37,950 nucleotides of DNA from Variovorax sp. (lineage in GTDB: Bacteria > Pseudomonadota > Gammaproteobacteria > Burkholderiales > Burkholderiaceae_C). The notes under the pieces were generated by a model, which saw only the letters and a program-made list of their open reading frames with translations, had not been told where the DNA came from and did not search any database. Where the stretch lies: the NCBI GenBank assembly GCA_031429925.1, contig JANPAK010000035.1, positions 1 through 37,950 of the forward strand. Direction: 5' to 3'. Position numbers and translations under genes: made by a program. How positions within the stretch are numbered: the first letter of the stretch is position 1; the number at the start of each line of letters is the position of its first letter. Below are positions 1 to 8,611 of the stretch, one piece after another.

Positions 1-186
1 GGGCATGCCCACTTGGAGCGCATCTTTTTGCTCTTTTGATACAAAGTTGCCCTGCACGATTTCAACTTGGTAGGGCGTGATCAAGCCCCCAAGACGACCC
101 GTGGTGTTATCTAGGCTCGTGCAGGCCGATAAGCCAAAGCAGGCGCCAAGAAGGAGTGGTAGGCTAAAAGCGTTAAAAACAGGCAT
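1..186 (-). CDS. bamE: Outer membrane protein assembly factor BamE (5' part; runs off window)
   Basis: Not in ORF track. Manual translation from ATG at 186: MPVFNAFSLPLLLGACFGLSACTS...ITPYQVEIVQGNFVSKEQKDALQVGMP. Lipobox LSAC, BamE-type 'Y..ei.QGN...l..GM' motif, divergent from fur as usual. Confidence 0.9.
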   Translation of the reverse strand, partial: MPVFNAFSLPLLLGACFGLSACTSLDNTTGRLGGLITPYQVEIVQGNFVSKEQKDALQVGMP

Positions 187-281
187 TACAAGCAGGCCAA
201 GTGCGCAACAGATGCGCAACCGAGACAGGAGGGTTATGATCGATCCATTGTAGCGGCTCGCCTATCCCTCCCTACTGCGCC

Positions 282-725
282 ATGATCACTCTTGATGAAC
301 TGAAAAACACTGGCCTGAAAGCCACCCTGCCTCGGTTGAAGATCATGCAGGTTTTCCAAACCGGTAGCCAACGCCACATGACTGCAGAAGACGTCTATCG
401 TGTCCTGCTCAATGAACGCACTGATATTGGCTTGGCAACCGTGTATCGCGTGCTCACACAGTTTGAGCAGGCCGGACTGCTCACCCGAGGCAATTTTGAG
501 AGCGGTAAAGCGGTTTATGAGTTGAACGAAGGCACGCACCATGACCACTTGGTGTGCTTGGATTGCGGCAAAGTGGAAGAGTTTCACGATGCGGAGATTG
601 AGAGGCGCCAAACCGCCGTTGCCAAGGCAAAAGGCTTTGCTCTTGAAGAGCATGCACTGTCCCTTTATGCGCGCTGCACAAAAACCGCTTGTCCGCATCG
701 GCCAGCAGTCGGTAAAACGGCTTGA
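282..725 (+). CDS. fur: Ferric uptake regulator
   Basis: [28 protein letters not shown] and [11 protein letters not shown] motifs. Confidence 0.97.
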   Translation: MITLDELKNTGLKATLPRLKIMQVFQTGSQRHMTAEDVYRVLLNERTDIGLATVYRVLTQFEQAGLLTRGNFESGKAVYELNEGTHHDHLVCLDCGKVEEFHDAEIERRQTAVAKAKGFALEEHALSLYARCTKTACPHRPAVGKTA

Positions 726-741
726 TTTTGAAGTGTTTTGG

Positions 742-789
742 GGCTTTAGCCGACATAAACACCGCCTGATTTGCTATTGATTTCATAGT
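742..789 (-). repeat. 48-bp fixed-spacing motif, copy 1 (degenerate)
   Basis: Minus strand ACTAT-gaaatca-ATAGC-aaatc-AGGC-N12-GGC-taaa-GCC; same spacing as the other copies. Confidence 0.6.
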
Positions 790-795
790 GATCGC

Positions 796-1362
796 ATGCT
801 GAACCAAGACTCTTCTGCCGCTGCGCCCTTACCCGTGTCGCCCCCACTTTCACCCCCCCTGCGCCCCAGCGTGCTGCGCCCGGGCGTGAAATTTCTGCTT
901 TCGCACACTGCGCATTTCATCGCCTTAGGCGCTGGCTCTGGCCTATCGCGCATCGCGCCTGGCACCCTGGGCACGCTCTGGGCTTGGGCGGCGTTTGCGG
1001 TGATGCAGCTCTATTTGAGCGAAGCGCAGATCGGCGGCGTCATTTTGGTGTCGCTCTTTGTCGGCTGGTGGGCTTGCACTGTGACGGCCGCTCATCTGCG
1101 CGTGCTCGATCCGGGTGCGATAGTTTGGGACGAAGTCGTCGCCTTTTGGATCATCTTGTGGTTGATCACGCCCGCTGGCTTCATGGCACAACTCGCCGCC
1201 TTCGTACTTTTTCGTTTTTTTGATGCGGTTAAGCCCGGCCCTGTGGCTTGGGCCGATGAGCTGTTTCACGGCTTTGGCTGGAAAGGCGGCTTGGGCATCA
1301 TGCTTGATGATTTGGTGGCCGCAGCTTGCACCCTCCTAGTGATTGCGTGGTGGCGATTTTGA
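796..1362 (+). CDS. pgpA: Phosphatidylglycerophosphatase A
   Basis: GSGL..APGTLGT, DPGAIVWDEV, FRFFDAVKPGP and GIMLDDLVA motifs. Confidence 0.95.
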   Translation: MLNQDSSAAAPLPVSPPLSPPLRPSVLRPGVKFLLSHTAHFIALGAGSGLSRIAPGTLGTLWAWAAFAVMQLYLSEAQIGGVILVSLFVGWWACTVTAAHLRVLDPGAIVWDEVVAFWIILWLITPAGFMAQLAAFVLFRFFDAVKPGPVAWADELFHGFGWKGGLGIMLDDLVAAACTLLVIAWWRF

Positions 1363-1371
1363 TGCGGTATT

Positions 1372-1896
1372 GTGGATATGAACATTGATCAATCGTTACT
1401 AAATCAAGAGCATTTGACGCAGGATTTATGCAGGCTGCTGGCCGATTCACTTCTTAAAAACGAACTAAAACTCGCTACGGCAGAGAGTTGCACCGGCGGT
1501 TTGATTTCTGCCGCCTGCACCGATTTAGCCGGCTCCTCGGATTGGTTTGAGCGTGGTTTTGTGACCTACTCTAATGCTGCCAAAACTGAGTTGCTTGGCG
1601 TGGACGCGCAACTGATCGAAGCGCACGGCGCGGTGAGCGAGCCGGTTGTGCGCGCGATGGCCTTCGGTGCAGTTCGCCACAGTGCAGCACAGGTGAGTGT
1701 CGCTGTCACGGGGATTGCTGGACCCTCAGGCGGTAGCGCGGACAAACCCGTGGGAACGGTGTGGTTTGGATTTTCTGTGCAAGGTCAATTGCACAGCGAG
1801 ATGCATCGCTTTGACGGCGATCGCGACGCCGTGCGCGCACAAACCGTGACGCACGCCCTGCGGCGAGCCTTGGCGCTTCTTTCTGCGATTGAGTAG
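1372..1896 (+). CDS. CinA C-terminal-domain protein / nicotinamide-nucleotide amidohydrolase (PncC family)
   Basis: ATAESCTGG, GSSDWFERGFVTYSN and TGIAGPSGG motifs; follows pgpA. Start may be ATG 1378. Confidence 0.92.
   Translation: MDMNIDQSLLNQEHLTQDLCRLLADSLLKNELKLATAESCTGGLISAACTDLAGSSDWFERGFVTYSNAAKTELLGVDAQLIEAHGAVSEPVVRAMAFGAVRHSAAQVSVAVTGIAGPSGGSADKPVGTVWFGFSVQGQLHSEMHRFDGDRDAVRAQTVTHALRRALALLSAIE
1395..1442 (+). repeat. 48-bp fixed-spacing motif, copy 2 (inside CinA/PncC N-terminus)
   Basis: GTTAC-taaatca-AGAGC-atttg-ACGC-N12-GGC-tgct-GGC. Confidence 0.65.
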
Positions 1897-1949
1897 GTTG
1901 ACAATAACTCCGACGTGACGCAAGCCGTTTGCCTACTGTGTCTTTGCAC

Positions 1950-1997
1950 GCTATTGATTTCATAGCTGCCTGCGCAATAAATACGACGGCCATCGGC
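1950..1997 (+). repeat. 48-bp fixed-spacing motif, copy 3
   Basis: GCTAT-tgatttc-ATAGC-tgcct-GCGC-N12-GGC-catc-GGC. Confidence 0.85.
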
Positions 1998-2019
1998 TAT
2001 TTTTCCTCATAGTATCGCC

Positions 2020-2697
2020 ATGACGACTGCACACCAACGCCCTTTTCTCAAAATCTGCTGCATCATGAGCGAAGCTGAGGGGCGGCTGGCTTGGCGCATG
2101 GGCGCTGATGCGCTGGGCTTGGTGTCTCAGATGCCGAGTGGGCCCGGTGTGATTGCTGATGGTCTCATTGCGCACATTGCATCCACCGTGCCGCCGCCGC
2201 TGGCAACGTTTTTGCTCACTTCGCTGCGAGATGCGCCCGCCATCGTTGCGCAGCATCGGCAGTGCCGCAGCAACACGATCCAGCTCGTGGATACCGTGGC
2301 AGAGGATGACTTGCGGCAACTGCGCGAGGCGCTGCCTGGCATTGCTCTGGTGCAGGTGATTCATGTGAGCGATGCATCGTCGGTGAACGAGGCGCTGCGC
2401 GTTGCGCCCCTCGTGGATGCGATCTTGCTCGATTCGGGCAATCAAAAACTGCCCCTCAAAGAGCTGGGCGGCACGGGGCGCACGCATGACTGGCGCATCA
2501 GTTCGCACATTCGCCAAGCACTGGATGCCCTGCCGCAGCCCAAGCCAATGTTTCTGGCCGGCGGCTTGCATGCAGGCAATGTGCGCGAGGCCATTGCAGT
2601 CGTGCAGCCCCATGGCTTGGATGTTTGCAGCGGCGTGCGCACGTATGGGCGGCTCGATGCCAGTAAGCTTGCCGCCTTGATCGCAGCTTTGGATTGA
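2020..2697 (+). CDS. trpF: Phosphoribosylanthranilate isomerase (TrpF) family protein, outside a trp operon
   Basis: LKICCI, GADALGLV, ILLDS, GGTGRTHDW, FLAGGL and GLDVCSGV motifs. Confidence 0.85.
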   Translation: MTTAHQRPFLKICCIMSEAEGRLAWRMGADALGLVSQMPSGPGVIADGLIAHIASTVPPPLATFLLTSLRDAPAIVAQHRQCRSNTIQLVDTVAEDDLRQLREALPGIALVQVIHVSDASSVNEALRVAPLVDAILLDSGNQKLPLKELGGTGRTHDWRISSHIRQALDALPQPKPMFLAGGLHAGNVREAIAVVQPHGLDVCSGVRTYGRLDASKLAALIAALD

Positions 2698-2729
2698 GAG
2701 CAAGTGCGGCCGTTCTCACTACACTGCAA

Positions 2730-2777
2730 GCTATCAAATCAATAGCATTTTGCGCAATCAATAAGCCGGCGGCGGGC
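2730..2777 (+). repeat. 48-bp fixed-spacing motif, copy 4
   Basis: GCTAT-caaatca-ATAGC-atttt-GCGC-N12-GGC-ggcg-GGC. Confidence 0.85.
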
Positions 2778-2809
2778 TGTTTCTGCTTTAGATTGTCTGT
2801 AAAGAGGCT

Positions 2810-3202
2810 TCAAGACCGCCCCCTGCCCACAGCACCCAAGTGCGTGAAAGCAAAGCCCTCGCTGTACTTCAGGCCATAGCCCAGCGCTCTGTCAAAGCCG
2901 ATATGCGCGATCCAGATCAAAGCCAGCGATATCACCAAAGGCTGAGCGCCGTGAACGCCCCAAGCCAACAACGCGAACGCACCCAGATACGAATGCGTGA
3001 GGTTGTAAGCCACAGCTCCGATGCGCGCATTGATCAGATAGGCCAGCAGCGCCACATCGGGCAGCAAGAAACACAGCGCGAACTGCGTCCACGAGCCGCC
3101 CCAGCGGCTATACGCCCAGAGGCTGCCTAGTAACACGGCTAGTGCTTCCGCTCGCAGCAGCCAGCGCAATGCGCCTGTCACAGGGGTGTTTGGCATATTC
3201 AC
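2810..3202 (-). CDS. DUF4260-like small membrane protein
   Basis: LLRAE..., FLLPD, YNLTH, WIAHIGFDRALGYGLKY and FAFTHLG pattern; 4 hydrophobic segments; GGAG upstream. Confidence 0.8.
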   Translation of the reverse strand: MNMPNTPVTGALRWLLRAEALAVLLGSLWAYSRWGGSWTQFALCFLLPDVALLAYLINARIGAVAYNLTHSYLGAFALLAWGVHGAQPLVISLALIWIAHIGFDRALGYGLKYSEGFAFTHLGAVGRGRS

Positions 3203-3212
3203 GGTGATCTCC

Positions 3213-4397
3213 TCAAGCGTTCACAATAAATTTCTCAAGCGCGCGTCTTGGCGTTGCAGCGGCTGGCTCGACTGAATAGCCGATTCGGCAAAACATTTGC
3301 ACCGTGGGATCCGTGGCGCTGCGCGGCGCAGCTTGCCCCAATACAAGTTGATGAACGCCTTCATAGTGGGGCTTCATCTCCGGGAATTCTTGCAGGGCTT
3401 GGCTCATTGGATGCATGCCTATTCCCAATGCCGTGGCCTTCAGTTGCAGGCGAACATAGGTGCGCCCGGCATCAATCTGATCGACGCGTCTGTTGCTGCC
3501 AGTGATCCAGACGAAGCCCATGGACGTATTGCTATGGCCCTCGAACCGATCCATTCCGTTCTTCTCGGCTGGGCTGCCTGCAGCCGGTGGGTTGTTGCGA
3601 TCAAACATACCGATCGCGGTGATGGTGCGCACAAAAGGGCTGTTGACAGAGATGCCGTCACGGTGCTGCAGAATCTCTGCCGGCCCGACACGAACGAGGC
3701 GAATGCTTTCCATCATTGTGCGGGGCGTGCGCAGTTCCACCAAGGCAGACTCCCAGCACAGCTTGCGCATCGCTGCCAGTGGCGCGGCTTGGACCGTGCC
3801 GCCGACGCGCATCCCAGCGCTGCCCATGCCCGAGACGAGCTGCTGCAAACTCGCATCCGAAACAGGCTTGGTCGTGTCGAAGTTCACCTTGACCGTGTGG
3901 CGCTTCAGAATCTGGGCAAACAATGCGTCCTTGCTGGCGCCGGACTGTAGCGTGATGCGTGCGACCGGTTGTCGCATCGCCGCGCGCCAGTCTTTCAGCT
4001 GCGTCGGCAGCTCGCCCTGTGGCCATAGCGTCACATCGGCCCGCAAACCTTGCTCGGCGAGCGCGATCACCAGCAGCTCGATGAACGCACCATGACCAAT
4101 CAGAATCTGACGGCCGAAAGGGTCGGTCTCCGGCAGGATGCGTTGTGGATCGGTTCGGAGCGTGATCACATTCGGCTCGCGCAAATCAACCAGCCATGGC
4201 TGCAAATTGTGCGGGTTGGGTGCGGTGATGGCGTAAGCCAGAGCGCGGCGCCTAGGATCGGTCTCGGAGCTGGCAGGGCCATTCCAAGCCTCTAGCGCCT
4301 GCGCTGGATAAGCGCTGCTAAAGCAGCCTGTCAAAGTGGCGGTGGCTGCTGCGACGGTACCGCCGCCGGCGAGCCGGATGAAGTTTCTGCGCTGCAT
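3213..4397 (-). CDS. Tat-signal (lipo)protein, Acg-type nitroreductase-like FMN-binding family
   Basis: MQRRNFI twin-Arg, LTGC lipobox, APNPHNLQPW, LPETDPFGRQILIGHG, AGRTYVRLQL and HPMSQALQE. Confidence 0.8.
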   Translation of the reverse strand: MQRRNFIRLAGGGTVAAATATLTGCFSSAYPAQALEAWNGPASSETDPRRRALAYAITAPNPHNLQPWLVDLREPNVITLRTDPQRILPETDPFGRQILIGHGAFIELLVIALAEQGLRADVTLWPQGELPTQLKDWRAAMRQPVARITLQSGASKDALFAQILKRHTVKVNFDTTKPVSDASLQQLVSGMGSAGMRVGGTVQAAPLAAMRKLCWESALVELRTPRTMMESIRLVRVGPAEILQHRDGISVNSPFVRTITAIGMFDRNNPPAAGSPAEKNGMDRFEGHSNTSMGFVWITGSNRRVDQIDAGRTYVRLQLKATALGIGMHPMSQALQEFPEMKPHYEGVHQLVLGQAAPRSATDPTVQMFCRIGYSVEPAAATPRRALEKFIVNA

Positions 4398-4400
4398 GTT

Positions 4401-5138
4401 TTACTCCTGATGAAAAGGGTGAGTTGAGTGGGGGCGAAGGAAATTGAAGCATAGGCCGATGCCGAGCGCGATCATGTAAAGCGGTAAGACGATATTGGTC
4501 GCATCCGTAATGGGCTGGACCGCGGGCCACGCATTGCGCCATGCGCCGAGTAACAAAGCGATAGAGAAGGCGGCACCAAAATGGCCGAGCAACCGGATTC
4601 GTCCCGACTCACCTATCAGCGCCAAGCTGACTAGGAGAAAGAAACCTGCGAGCGCTATTTCCCCAGCGAACTCACCAATCAGGTTGCCCAGAAATAGGTT
4701 GATGGCGTCAAACCAGGGTGCCAGCGCAAGCGTTGCAGCTGGCGTGTTCGCCGATTGCGCAAGCACCCAATGCAACGTCGGCCACCGGATAAGACCCAAA
4801 AACATGAATAAGGCAGCGAAGCTGGCCAGCACGATCGCGGCCTGCATCTTGAGCGGATGCTCAGGAAAGGCGGCTCTTGCGCCGAACGCCGTTGGCAGCA
4901 AAGCAAAAGGAATGAATGCATAGACGAACCAGACGCTGCGCAAACTGGCACCACCCTCAAGCAACTTGGGATACACCTTGTCCACCGGGAGATCAAGCAC
5001 ATCGGGATAGCCCATGCGCATGGCTAAGATCGTGAAAACCGCACTGAATGCAATCGCTGCTGCAATCAGTGCAAGACCGCCGAAGCGCTGCGGCCACAGG
5101 GATTTGAGGGCAGGATGGGTGGGAAAGTGCTGCATCAT
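4401..5138 (-). CDS. DUF4386-like multi-pass membrane protein
   Basis: Start reassigned to ATG 5138 (GGAAGG upstream). YPDVL, GLIRW and GNLIGEFAG motifs; about 6 TM segments. Confidence 0.7.
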   Translation of the reverse strand: MMQHFPTHPALKSLWPQRFGGLALIAAAIAFSAVFTILAMRMGYPDVLDLPVDKVYPKLLEGGASLRSVWFVYAFIPFALLPTAFGARAAFPEHPLKMQAAIVLASFAALFMFLGLIRWPTLHWVLAQSANTPAATLALAPWFDAINLFLGNLIGEFAGEIALAGFFLLVSLALIGESGRIRLLGHFGAAFSIALLLGAWRNAWPAVQPITDATNIVLPLYMIALGIGLCFNFLRPHSTHPFHQE

Positions 5139-5215
5139 GGATTCCTTCCAAAGTGATGAGCTCGATTGTGGGAACTTCGGCGTTGTTGCACAATTGCCTA
5201 TCGCTTCACACCAGC

Positions 5216-5231
5216 TATTCAATAATGAATA
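5216..5231. promoter_or_regulatory. Inverted repeat TATTCA-N4-TGAATA overlapping the LysR start; candidate autoregulatory site
   Basis: Perfect 6-bp inverted repeat in an AT-rich divergent intergenic region next to a LysR gene. Confidence 0.4.
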
Positions 5232-6109
5232 ATTCTTTTGACTGGACACTGATCCGCTCCTTCCTCGCCGCGCTAGAGCACGGCAGCCTGCTGGGCGCGG
5301 CCAAAGCACTGCATTCGAGCCAGCCGACGCTCGGGCGACATATTGCCGAGCTGGAATCGCAACTGGGTGCCACGCTGTTTGAGCGCACCGGTCGCGGCTT
5401 GGTGCCCACTGCCATGGCGCTGCGCTTGGCCGATGCTGCGCGCATGATGGAGGCGGGTGCTTTGCAATTGGCACGCCAGGCCTTGGGTCAGCAAAATGAA
5501 TCCACGGGGACGGTGCGCATCAGTGCCAGCACACCGGTTGCGTGTTACCTCTTGCCGCCAGTGATTGCCGCCATGCGCGAAAGTCTGCCGGAGATTCAAG
5601 TGGATTTGGTCGCCAGCAACTCGGTCAGCAATCTGCTCAAACGCGAGGCCGACATTGCGATACGGATGGTGCAACCGGATCAGGCGAGTTTGGTGGCCAA
5701 GCGCATTGGGCAGGTGCGCCTAGGCATTTTTGCGCGGCGGGACTACTTGCGCCGCCGTGGTCAGCCCCGTCAGCCCGAAGACTTGCTGCGCCACGAATTG
5801 ATCGGGCTCGACAGCGCAAATGACATTATTGACGGCTTTACCAAGATGGGGCTGCCCATCACGAGAGAAAGCTTCTCATTTCGCACCGATGATCTGATTG
5901 TTGGTTGGCAGGCGATTCGCGCCGGACTAGGGATTGGCGTTGTAGCCCATTACGTTGCGCGCACAGATCCAGAGGTGTTACCGATCTTGGACTCGATTAA
6001 GCTACCACTACTACCGGTTTGGCTGGTGGTTCACCGCGAGATCCGTAGCAACCGGCGTATCCGCGCGGTGTATGATTTTTTGGCGCAGCATCTGCCGGCG
6101 CAGCTTTGA
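5225..6109 (+). CDS. LysR-family transcriptional regulator
   Basis: HTH 'GSLLGAAKALHSSQPTLGRHIAELE..LF ER', 'EADIAIR'. Start reassigned to ATG 5225. Confidence 0.95.
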   Translation: MNNSFDWTLIRSFLAALEHGSLLGAAKALHSSQPTLGRHIAELESQLGATLFERTGRGLVPTAMALRLADAARMMEAGALQLARQALGQQNESTGTVRISASTPVACYLLPPVIAAMRESLPEIQVDLVASNSVSNLLKREADIAIRMVQPDQASLVAKRIGQVRLGIFARRDYLRRRGQPRQPEDLLRHELIGLDSANDIIDGFTKMGLPITRESFSFRTDDLIVGWQAIRAGLGIGVVAHYVARTDPEVLPILDSIKLPLLPVWLVVHREIRSNRRIRAVYDFLAQHLPAQL

Positions 6110-6118
6110 AAGACGCTC

Positions 6119-6610
6119 ATGAAACCACAAGAATGCATCCAAGAATTCTATTCCGCGTTTGCGCAGCTGGATTCAGAGCGCATGGCCGCTTGCTACGCGC
6201 ATGAAGCAAGCTTTGAGGATGAAGTCTTCTGGTTGAAAGGCAAAACAGAAATCATGGGTATGTGGGGCATGCTTTGTGATGCCGTCAAATCCAAAGGGCG
6301 AGACGCTTGGATGCTGGAGTTCTCAAAGATCGAAGCCTCTGGCAAGAATGGGTGCGCCCACTGGGAGCCTACCTATCGCTTCACGGCAACCGGACGCATG
6401 GTTCACAACGTGATTGATGCTGAGTTCACTTTTGATGACCGGGGAAAGATCCTCACCCATCGTGATCGGTTTGATTTTTGGCGCTGGTCGCGACAAGCCT
6501 TGGGCGCTCCAGGCTTTCTTCTTGGCTGGAGCCCATTGCTGCGCCGCAAGGTGCGTGATCAAGCTAACGCCGGCCTGCGCAAGTATTTGCGCGCGAAAGC
6601 GCAAACATGA
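6119..6610 (+). CDS. NTF2/SnoaL-like family protein
   Basis: FYSAF..LD..MAACY, F.D.VF, HWEPTYRF..TGR.VHN and HRDRFDFWRWSRQALG. Confidence 0.85.
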   Translation: MKPQECIQEFYSAFAQLDSERMAACYAHEASFEDEVFWLKGKTEIMGMWGMLCDAVKSKGRDAWMLEFSKIEASGKNGCAHWEPTYRFTATGRMVHNVIDAEFTFDDRGKILTHRDRFDFWRWSRQALGAPGFLLGWSPLLRRKVRDQANAGLRKYLRAKAQT

Positions 6611-7503
6611 GCTGGTTTGAAGGATTTACACTGCAGCGCTGGCAGGTCAATGGCGTTGATGTCGCCGGCCGAACTGGGGGCGATTCGGCCAAACCTGCTT
6701 TGGTGCTGATCCATGGTTTTCCTCAGAGCCACGTCATGTGGCACCGGGTCGCAAAAGCGCTTCAGCAAGACTACTTCCTAGTTATGCCTGATTTGCGCGG
6801 TTACGGTGACTCCTCCACCTTGCCCGGCAGTGTGGATCATGCGCAGGCGAGCAAGCGTGAAATGGCACGTGACATCATCGGCGTGTTGGATGCGTTGGGC
6901 GTCAACCAAGCCTTTGTTTGTGGGCACGATCGGGGCGGGCGCGTTGCGCATCGCCTTGCTTTGGACCACCCCGAGCGGGTGAGTAAGCTGTGTTTGATCG
7001 ACATTGCGCCGACGCTGGACATGTATTCCCGCACAGATATGGCATTCGCGAGAGCGTATTACCATTGGTTCCATTTGATTCAGCCCGCCCCTTTGCCGGA
7101 AGCGATGATCTTGGGAAGCTGGCGCAGCTACTTACATGCGAAGCTGGGTGGTTGGGGCGGTGCGGGCGTTGGCTACATCGAGGCGCAGGCGTTGGCGGAG
7201 TACGAGCGCCATTTCCAACGACCTGCTTCTATCACTGCCATGTGTGAGGACTATCGAGCTAGTGCGGGCATCGACCTTGAGCACGACCGACAAAGCCGAT
7301 GGGCTGGGCAGAAAATTGCTTGCAACACGCTCATACTTTGGGGTGAGCGTGGCGTGGTGAACAAGATGTTCAAACCGCTAGATCTTTGGCAGGCTCAATG
7401 TCACGCGCAAGTAAGCGGCTTTGCTATGCCCAGTGGGCATTTCATACCCGAAGAGTTACCCGGTGATACCGCCGCGGCTCTCCAGAAATTTATGACTACG
7501 TAG
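6607..7503 (+). CDS. Alpha/beta hydrolase, haloacetate (fluoroacetate) dehalogenase-like
   Basis: HGFPQ, DLRGYG, GHDRGGRV (Asp nucleophile plus two Arg), YYHWF, CEDYRA and GHFIPEE; ATGA overlap with upstream gene. Confidence 0.85.
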   Translation: MSWFEGFTLQRWQVNGVDVAGRTGGDSAKPALVLIHGFPQSHVMWHRVAKALQQDYFLVMPDLRGYGDSSTLPGSVDHAQASKREMARDIIGVLDALGVNQAFVCGHDRGGRVAHRLALDHPERVSKLCLIDIAPTLDMYSRTDMAFARAYYHWFHLIQPAPLPEAMILGSWRSYLHAKLGGWGGAGVGYIEAQALAEYERHFQRPASITAMCEDYRASAGIDLEHDRQSRWAGQKIACNTLILWGERGVVNKMFKPLDLWQAQCHAQVSGFAMPSGHFIPEELPGDTAAALQKFMTT

Positions 7504-7518
7504 GTGAGGCGCCCGTCA

Positions 7519-8454
7519 TCAAACACCCAGCATGAGTCGAAGGTTTTGCACTGCTGCGCCGCTTGCACCTTTGCCCAAGTTGTCATATCGAGCCACAAGC
7601 ACCGCCTGGCCAAGGGCGTCGTTGCCATACACGGACAACTCCAGCATATTGGAGTTGTTGAGGGCGGTTGGCTCGATGTTTTTGCCTTCAGCAGGCGGAA
7701 TCACCTTCACCCACTCGCAACCTGCATAGCGCGCACGCAGCGCGTCTTCGAGCTGAGAGGCATTTTTAACGCCATTCATCAAATCAAATTGCAGGCAGAT
7801 ATGGTCAATCATCCCACTGTGGAAATTTCCGACAGCGGGAATGAACATGGGTCGGCGCGTCAGGCCGCTGTAATGTTGCAGCTCAGGCACGTGCTTGTGC
7901 GCTAAATTCAGGCCATACACCTCCAGCGGCGGCGCGCTCTTGCTCAGTTCATAGCTTTCAATCATTTGTCTCCCGCCGCCAGAATAGCCGGAAAAGCCTT
8001 GCATCACCACAGGGTAGTCTTTTGGCAAGAGGCCAGCGTCGACCAGAGGGCGCATCAGAGCAATGCCGCCGGTAGGGTAGCAGCCCGGGTTGGCGACGAA
8101 TTGGGCGTTTTTCACCGCCGCTGTTTGCTCGGGGGTTAATTCAGGATAGCCATTTACGCAACCGGGAGCGATGCGGTGAGCTGTCGATGCATCTACCATT
8201 TTTAGGGGCCTGAGGCCTTTTTGAGCTCTAGCCGACGCCAGATCTGCGCAGAGTGCTACGGATTCAATAGCAGATTGATCATGAAGGCAGAGCACAACCA
8301 AATCTGCCTCGTCAAACAGAGCCTTCTTGGCTTCGATGTCTTTGCGCTTTTCGGGCGCAATCGAGAGCACTTGGATTTGCGGCAAGGTCGCCAAGCGCTC
8401 GCGGATTTGCAGCCCAGTGGTGCCCGCCTCGCCGTCGATGAATACTTTTGCCAT
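7519..8454 (-). CDS. argC: N-acetyl-gamma-glutamyl-phosphate reductase
   Basis: [34 protein letters not shown] and [14 protein letters not shown]. Start reassigned to ATG 8454. Confidence 0.95.
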   Translation of the reverse strand: MAKVFIDGEAGTTGLQIRERLATLPQIQVLSIAPEKRKDIEAKKALFDEADLVVLCLHDQSAIESVALCADLASARAQKGLRPLKMVDASTAHRIAPGCVNGYPELTPEQTAAVKNAQFVANPGCYPTGGIALMRPLVDAGLLPKDYPVVMQGFSGYSGGGRQMIESYELSKSAPPLEVYGLNLAHKHVPELQHYSGLTRRPMFIPAVGNFHSGMIDHICLQFDLMNGVKNASQLEDALRARYAGCEWVKVIPPAEGKNIEPTALNNSNMLELSVYGNDALGQAVLVARYDNLGKGASGAAVQNLRLMLGV

Positions 8455-8611
8455 GATGGAGCTCTTTCTAGGTGTCAATTTTGGTGCATTGCAACATGAT
8501 ACAGTTACGCGGCTGAAATCGCTTCGTAACTTAAGCTCTGCATTGCGGACGATTTTGCATGAATTTAAGTCTCTCTCGTCATCACAACGACACATAGCCG
8601 GAATCCCTCCC

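Noticed and set aside
742-2777. Clustered repeats as a CRISPR array or integron attC sites
   Set aside because: Copies are not identical or regularly spaced, lack attC RYYYAAC/GTTRRRY ends, and no cas or integrase gene is present.
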